From Verrucomicrobiota bacterium (GTDB lineage Bacteria > Verrucomicrobiota > Kiritimatiellia > UBA8416 > JBHORK01): a stretch of 64,000 bases of DNA. The notes under the pieces were generated by a model, which saw only the letters and a list, made by a program, of their open reading frames with translations, was not told the origin of the DNA and searched no databases. Of the stretch, positions 58,748-64,000 are shown piece after piece (positions within the stretch are counted from its first letter, which is position 1; the number at the start of each line of letters is the position of its first letter). The DNA lies in NCBI GenBank assembly GCA_042565725.1, contig JBHORK010000003.1, forward strand, positions 10,000-73,999, written 5' to 3'. The position numbers were made by a program, and so were the translations under genes.

Positions 58748-59572
58748 TTATTTCGAACTGTGTAATAACATGTTTTCCGTGGCAGCGTGTGTTTCCGGGA
58801 AAAGCTTTCTGGCATCCTCAACAATACTCTCAATGTCTTTGTCTTTCCTGACCGGTTCGTGATGGGTCAGGACAAGCTTTTGGACTTTTGCTTCAATGGC
58901 GGCCCGAACTGCGACCTTCCACGTGCTGTGTCCCCATCCGCTATGTGAAAGATATTCTTTCGGTGTGTACTGAGCGTCAAATATAAGGCAATCGGCGGTG
59001 GCACAAAAATTAATGAAAGCTGGATCAATGTCATCTTCTCTGTATTCTACGTCTGTTGCTATTACAATGTCCTTGCCGGGCATATTTACGCGGTACGCGA
59101 TGCAGCCCTGGGGGTGGGGTACCCTGAACCATGATATTTCGATTCCGTAAAGATTGAGACTGCATTTATCAGCAGGAAGATCAACAAGGTTCATTGCCGC
59201 ATCAGTTTCTGCAAGACCCACAGGCCAGTAAGGTTTGCCGACGATGGTTTTGAGCGTCTTTTTCCAATCATCATCCCGTTCGGGATCTGCCATTATCTGT
59301 ATATTGGCTTTTTTATTGTACAGCGGTGCAAAACTTGGCAGACCAATAAGATGATCCATGTGGAAATGGGTAAAAAGCATTGTTATAGGAAGCGGTTGAG
59401 GTTGATTAGAAAGAGTTTCCGCGGCGAATGAAATTCCTGTCCCGGCATCAAAGATAATATTTCCGGTGTCGGTATTGACTGTAAAACATGATGTATTGCC
59501 TCCGTAGACACGATATGCTTCACCAAAGGCTGGCATAGTCCCTCGAGCCCCTCTTATCATGAATTCATGCAT
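58748..59572 (-). CDS. Metallo-beta-lactamase-fold hydrolase (phosphodiesterase-like)
   Basis: GARGTMP, YGGNTSC, FDAGTGI, THFHMDHLIGLP, HPQG, DAQYT..EY....GWGHST, HHEP. Confidence 0.92.
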   Translation of the reverse strand: MHEFMIRGARGTMPAFGEAYRVYGGNTSCFTVNTDTGNIIFDAGTGISFAAETLSNQPQPLPITMLFTHFHMDHLIGLPSFAPLYNKKANIQIMADPERDDDWKKTLKTIVGKPYWPVGLAETDAAMNLVDLPADKCSLNLYGIEISWFRVPHPQGCIAYRVNMPGKDIVIATDVEYREDDIDPAFINFCATADCLIFDAQYTPKEYLSHSGWGHSTWKVAVRAAIEAKVQKLVLTHHEPVRKDKDIESIVEDARKLFPETHAATENMLLHSSK

Positions 59573-59579
59573 CAGAGAA

Positions 59580-59608
59580 ATCCTAGAATCTCAACCTGCC
59601 TTTGTCAA
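59580..59608 (-). promoter_or_regulatory. sigma70 promoter placing the start site at the MBL-hydrolase ATG (leaderless candidate)
   Basis: Minus strand TTGACA-17-TAGGAT-7 nt-ATG. Confidence 0.6.
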
Positions 59609-59633
59609 TGAGGAGAATTTACGCTGCAAGACT

Positions 59634-59820
59634 TTTTTAGACAGGATCAACTGGATCAACAGGATGTTTCGCGCTTCCGCCTTCGCTCTGCAAGCTACAG
59701 CGGACAGGTCGCGCGAATTGAAGTGCTCCAGAGGCTTTCGCCCTTGGTCGACGTGTACGGGGTCAATTCTGTTGTCTTCTCCTCTCCTTAATCATGTTCA
59801 TCCTGTAAATCCTGTCAAAA
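59634..59820. repeat. Inverted nonamer element (ACAGGATNA) with nested CCTG-hairpin micro-element at 59676-59708
   Basis: Left arm ttttagacaggatcaactggatcaacaggat, right arm aatcatgttcatcctgtaaatcctgtcaaaa, inner tccgccttcgctctgcaagctacagcggacagg. Confidence 0.8.
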
Positions 59821-59929
59821 TTCTCTTCTCTTTGAGGTAAATTGCTTTTCTAATCCCCATTTTGTATTGTTATTATTCTATAATTCAATACAGTAAATAA
59901 CTTACTATTATGGGACGGAGGCTGTTTTA

Positions 59930-60718
59930 TTGACTATGCTTTCAAAGACAGGCGGGTATGTTTTGAAGCGATGGCTATCGGTTCGCCATGTTGCCGCAGT
60001 AGTTTGGGGTGTTCTCAGTCTGGCTCCAAGGCCGAACTGTTGGCCCAGGACAGTACGCTCACTCTTTGGGCGGCAGATTCTTTTTACCGGTATTGAGGCT
60101 CTGGGTATCATATCTCTGATAGCGTTTCTGGCCGGTATTTCTGTTGTTACCCAAACACAAGTCTGGCTTACAAGAATTGGTCAGACGGAAATGCTGGGTT
60201 CTGTTCTGGTTATGGTGATTGTACGTGAGGTAGGCCCAATCCTTGTAAACCTGGTTGTTGCAGGGCGAAGCGGAACTGCCATGGCGGCAGAACTGGCCAA
60301 TATGCGGGTGCGCGGTGAAATCAATGTCCTTGACGCGCAGGGAATTGAACCGATGCAATATCTTGTGATGCCGCGGGTTCTTGGTATGGCTGTTTCCGTT
60401 TTTTGTCTAACTATAATATTTATTGCTTTGGCCTTGGGAACAGGTTTTGTTTTTGGGTTCTTCCTTAAAGTCACTACAAGCGATCCCGGACTTTTCTTTA
60501 ATAATGTAATGTCAGCGATCTCGCCAAAAGATATTGCGAATGTGTTTGCCAAAACGATTATTCCCGGCCTGACCACGGGGGCAATAAGCTGTATTAGTGG
60601 ACTGAGCGTCAGGGGGGCAGTGACAGAAGTTCCTGTGGCAGTAACGCGCAGCGTGGTTGCATCTATAGTTACAGTATTGGTTCTTTCAGCGTTATTTTCA
60701 GTGCTTACGTATGTGTAG
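59930..60718 (+). CDS. mlaE: MlaE-family ABC permease
   Basis: VREVGPIL..LVVAGRSGTAMAAELANMRVRGEINVLDAQGIEP..YLVMPRV, VP.AVTRSVV. Confidence 0.92.
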   Translation: MTMLSKTGGYVLKRWLSVRHVAAVVWGVLSLAPRPNCWPRTVRSLFGRQILFTGIEALGIISLIAFLAGISVVTQTQVWLTRIGQTEMLGSVLVMVIVREVGPILVNLVVAGRSGTAMAAELANMRVRGEINVLDAQGIEPMQYLVMPRVLGMAVSVFCLTIIFIALALGTGFVFGFFLKVTTSDPGLFFNNVMSAISPKDIANVFAKTIIPGLTTGAISCISGLSVRGAVTEVPVAVTRSVVASIVTVLVLSALFSVLTYV

Positions 60719-60824
60719 GAAGCGTGAAACGTATCTCGTGAAGCGGGGAGTAGTGGAGTAATGAAAAGATGAGGGATGCCGTCATTATGGCCATGGGTTA
60801 TTACTTGAGAAAAACGTTTGAAAA

Positions 60825-61041
60825 TGAACATCGAACATTGAACTTTCAACATCGAACATCGAAATAAAGGGAAATAAGAACGTGTCAAGACGCAAATATG
60901 ATCTTGAAGACAGGCTTCTTGAATATATGGCATCTGTACTGCCCGGAACAACAACGTTTGAGAAAACACGGAGTATGGCTGCTGACATGCATTCTGCAAC
61001 TTCGATGTTGGAAGTTCAATGTTCAATGTTCGATGTTCGAT
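60825..61041 (+). pseudogene. Inverted heptamer element (AACATCG family) enclosing the 5' fragment of a four-helix-bundle gene
   Basis: Left arm gaacatcgaacattgaactttcaacatcgaacatcgaa, GTG 60882 giving MSRRKYDLEDRLLEYMASVL, right arm ttcgatgttggaagttcaatgttcaatgttcgatgttcga. Confidence 0.75.
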
Positions 61042-61099
61042 ACCCAGGAATAGGTGTTCTCCAGCAATCAGCGATCATTACGAATCAATCCAGTAACTC

Positions 61100-61792
61100 A
61101 TGAATAATATTTTAGAATTTGATAAAGTGACCTTTGATCCAGAGTCGTATCGGCTTACCGGTATATCAGATGTCTCGTTCAGTATTGTTTCGGGAAGCCT
61201 GACATTGATACTCTTTGATCAGGCCAGTGAGCACACGCCTATTTTCGACCTGGCACAAGGTTTGATTTCGCCGGACAGCGGCTCGATAAAATTCCTCGGA
61301 AAAGAATGGGGGCAAATGGATCCGTTTCGTCAGTCCGAAATGCGAGGAAAAGCTGGCAGGGTATTTACCGGAGAAGGATGGGTGAGCAATTTGACTGTAT
61401 ATGAAAATGTTACGCTTTCTGCGCATCATCACACGTTGCGTTCGGAAGATGAGATTCGCGAAGAAGTTTTGAGTCTGGCTAAATGTATGGGATTGGACCA
61501 GGTTTCAGAATTACGTCCAGACGTTATCCGAAAAAATGATTTAAAAAGATCTCAATGTGTTCGCGCTTTTCTTGGGAAGCCTGTATTAATTCTTCTGGAA
61601 CAGCCGGAACTTGGTCTTCGGACTGAAGACATATCGCAATTGATAAATTTAGTAGAAATGGCGGCAAAACAGGGCAGTGGAATAATATGGATCACATTGA
61701 ATAACTATATATGGAACGATGAAAGATTAAGTTGGGCTAGACGTTTTATGGTTCAGAATGGCAAAATGATATCTTCAGCGGAGGTAGAATAA
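61100..61792 (+). CDS. MlaF-like ABC ATPase with degenerate Walker A and signature motifs
   Basis: ILEFDKVTF, GLISPDSGSIKFLG, SNLTVYENV.L, RAFLGKPVLILLEQP; no GxxGxGKS/T. Confidence 0.8.
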   Translation: MNNILEFDKVTFDPESYRLTGISDVSFSIVSGSLTLILFDQASEHTPIFDLAQGLISPDSGSIKFLGKEWGQMDPFRQSEMRGKAGRVFTGEGWVSNLTVYENVTLSAHHHTLRSEDEIREEVLSLAKCMGLDQVSELRPDVIRKNDLKRSQCVRAFLGKPVLILLEQPELGLRTEDISQLINLVEMAAKQGSGIIWITLNNYIWNDERLSWARRFMVQNGKMISSAEVE

Positions 61793-61793
61793 T

Positions 61794-63353
61794 ATGGAAA
61801 AACAATTCAAATTCAGACACGCGAACGAACTTGCCGGAGGTTTTGTCGTTCTTGTGTTTGCTCTATGTCTTACGGGTATTTTTGTTGCGGGCCATCGCCA
61901 GGGCTGGTTCGAGGGAAAGTTTGTGTTAAAGGTAAGATTTGTTGATGCCGATGGTTCGATTTCTGAAGAGGGCTCTTTTGGTCTTCGCGAAGGAAATGAA
62001 GTCAGGATTATGAATACACTGGCTGGCAGGGTAGGCAAGATCATACCCGTGGAAAAGGGCTATATTGAAACTACTTTAATTATCCGTAACAGCTTCAAGC
62101 AGTATGTTCGTAAGGATTCAACGGCCAAAGTTAAAAAAATGTTTGGCGTTGCGGGTGATTCGCATCTGTCCGTCGAGGGCGGTAAGGGGGCGCCGATTGC
62201 AGAAGGAGAGTTACTTATATGCGTTAAAGACGAAGAAGTTATGGATAAAGCCAAAAAGATGATGGCAAAGGTTGAAGAGGTTGTAGTGCCAATGCTGGAG
62301 CAGGTTCAGCGTATTCTTGAGCATCTCAATCATATTACCGGACAAATTGAAGATGGCGCAGGAATTGCCGGTTCTGTTGTTAATGATAAGCAATTGGATC
62401 GGGACGTAAAAGATACAGTAAAAAACCTGAACGGAGTTATGCTCGAAACTCAGTCAACTCTTTTGGAAACAAGGCGTTTAGTTAAAGGTATGCAGAAGCA
62501 TTGGATTGTAAGAAGGTATATAGAGGAAGGAAAAGAGGCTGAACTGTTGTTGCCTGCGGCAGTGTATCGATCCAACATGAGCGCTCAGTTTCGAAACAGT
62601 TCTTTGTCTCTTGATATTGCAAGAAGCGCTGATGATTCTAGAAGAATAGGGCGAAGCGCGTATAATCTTGCTGTTTGCATGCTTGCTGAAGATGAAGAAT
62701 GTAAGGCGATCGAATTTCTTAAGGAGGCCAGAGCTGAATTTGAAGCCTCAGGAGAGAATATTGCGTGTCTTCTTCTGGTCGAGGCAGAAATAGAACATCG
62801 TAAAGGCGAAGCAGACAATGCGATTACAATGGTACAGTCTTCATTGAAATTGATGGGGAGGTCATTTGATAGACAGTTTAAGCTTAACGGACTTATTTTG
62901 CTGGGACATTTGCTGTGCGATACTGGAAGAATTGAAGATTGTCGAGCTCAGTTAAAAACAATCAATTCGTTGGCAAGGAAGGTAGAGTCGTTTCAACTCA
63001 AGGCTATGGCCTCCGGTATATCGGGGCGTGTATTGTTGCTTGAAAAAGAACCGGCCGAAGCAGCAAAGCAATTTGATGATGAAACTCGTTCTTTTCGCGA
63101 AGCGGAATTATATCGGAATATGGCATTGGCTCTCAGATCTGCGGGAGACGCCTATGTGAAAGCAGGTCAATATGATACTGCGGCTGATCGTTATTTTCGG
63201 GCTGGACGTACATTGTTCTCGAATGGTGATAAAGGAACTGCCGATGTAGTTATGAAATATGCGATAGATGCTTCAGAACGGGGTAAAAACGAGGCTTTGA
63301 AGGCTCGAATCAATCGCTTGAAGGCCGAAATTCAAGGCTCAGACAGCATTTAG
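61794..63353 (+). CDS. mlaD: MlaD/MCE-domain protein fused to a C-terminal TPR-like helical region
   Basis: N-terminal TM, GLREGNEVRI....AGRV.KI MCE core, coiled coil, then about 260 aa of Ala-rich helical repeats. Confidence 0.82.
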   Translation: MEKQFKFRHANELAGGFVVLVFALCLTGIFVAGHRQGWFEGKFVLKVRFVDADGSISEEGSFGLREGNEVRIMNTLAGRVGKIIPVEKGYIETTLIIRNSFKQYVRKDSTAKVKKMFGVAGDSHLSVEGGKGAPIAEGELLICVKDEEVMDKAKKMMAKVEEVVVPMLEQVQRILEHLNHITGQIEDGAGIAGSVVNDKQLDRDVKDTVKNLNGVMLETQSTLLETRRLVKGMQKHWIVRRYIEEGKEAELLLPAAVYRSNMSAQFRNSSLSLDIARSADDSRRIGRSAYNLAVCMLAEDEECKAIEFLKEARAEFEASGENIACLLLVEAEIEHRKGEADNAITMVQSSLKLMGRSFDRQFKLNGLILLGHLLCDTGRIEDCRAQLKTINSLARKVESFQLKAMASGISGRVLLLEKEPAEAAKQFDDETRSFREAELYRNMALALRSAGDAYVKAGQYDTAADRYFRAGRTLFSNGDKGTADVVMKYAIDASERGKNEALKARINRLKAEIQGSDSI

Positions 63354-63483
63354 AGCAAAAAACTGATATTTTTTTGTCGATTTTACTTGATATAAGGCTC
63401 ATACACGTTTACAAGCCAACGGAGTATCTAATAATTTTTATTTTTTTCTACCCAAAACCAACGAAAATAGGAAGTTAATGCGT

Positions 63484-64000
63484 ATGGCTAGATCCAAATC
63501 GAAGTCCAGTACCAGGAAGAAAAAGAAAACCCGAATCGTTAAGAAAAAAGCCAAGAAAAAGAAGACCCAGAAAAAAGTCAGCATTAAGTCTAAATCACGC
63601 TCTAAATCCAAGCCCAAACCCAAAACCCGTGTTGCGAAAAAACGGGGTACGAAGGTAAGCGCAAAGAAAAAGAAAACGAGCGTTAAAGTTAAAGCTGTTA
63701 CGAAGGGTCGGGGGCTGCGTGCTGTCAGAAAGAAGGTTGCAGCAATTCGGATGGCGGCGGGTATTACTGACGAAGAAGGTTCGGTAACTTCTAAGACTGT
63801 AACTGGTAAAATTTCTCGTGAGGAACGTAACGAGAAGCTCAAGGTCCTGATAAAACTATCGGAAGACCAGGGCTATCTCACATACGACGACATAAACGAA
63901 GTCATACCTGAGAGCGTTGTTAATCCTGAAGAACTCGAATCTTACCTTGTGCTTCTTCGCAGTATGGATATTGAAACGATCGATTCATCTTCGGTTGATA
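63484..64000 (+). CDS. rpoD: Primary sigma factor RpoD, 5' part (runs off the window), with long Lys-rich N-terminal extension
   Basis: Not in the ORF track (no stop in the window). Manual translation: MARSKSKSSTRKKKK...EKLKVLIKLSEDQGYLTYDDINEVIPESVVNPEELESYLVLLRSMDIE, i.e. sigma70 region 1.1. Confidence 0.88.
   Translation, partial: MARSKSKSSTRKKKKTRIVKKKAKKKKTQKKVSIKSKSRSKSKPKPKTRVAKKRGTKVSAKKKKTSVKVKAVTKGRGLRAVRKKVAAIRMAAGITDEEGSVTSKTVTGKISREERNEKLKVLIKLSEDQGYLTYDDINEVIPESVVNPEELESYLVLLRSMDIETIDSSSVD

Noticed and set aside
10478-61041. Diversity-generating retroelement, given the Avd-like fragments
   Set aside because: No reverse transcriptase and no template/variable repeat pair with adenine-specific differences was seen.
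63438-63842. 134-aa Phe-rich minus-strand ORF
   Set aside because: Antisense of the Lys-rich rpoD N-terminus, which has a recognisable region 1.1 on the plus strand.

Overview
Bacterial chromosomal window. The gene repertoire (Amuc_1098/1099-like pilus secretin genes, FolE2, type III pantothenate kinase, GH29 fucosidase) suggests the PVC superphylum, Kiritimatiellota/Lentisphaerota-like; this assignment is an inference. About 56 genes: housekeeping runs (5'-3' exonuclease-coaE-rho-tig-clpP-clpX; trpS-scpA-scpB-chorismate mutase-hisC-tyrA-aroA-cmk; infA; dksA-like-lspA-miaA-radC-lpxA; argS; nadC; coaX; partial rpoD), dispersed fucose/galactose/rhamnose utilisation genes, a Wzm/Wzt exporter and an atypical Mla-type ABC operon. 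I found no rRNA, tRNA, CRISPR array or intact transposase. The most striking signal is non-coding. Many intergenic spaces hold small elements built from 6-9 nt tandem units, often as inverted arms, in about ten sequence families. Three of them still enclose decayed pieces of four-helix-bundle (TIGR02436/23S-IVP-like) genes while sister copies are empty. A second class of 24-33 bp 'CCTG/CTTG + hairpin' micro-elements is nested inside these arrays and also sits in frame inside hisC and nadC. Several genes have a sigma70 -10 box 6-7 nt before the start codon, suggesting leaderless mRNAs. All calls are by eye from the sequence and ORF track; no database search was run.
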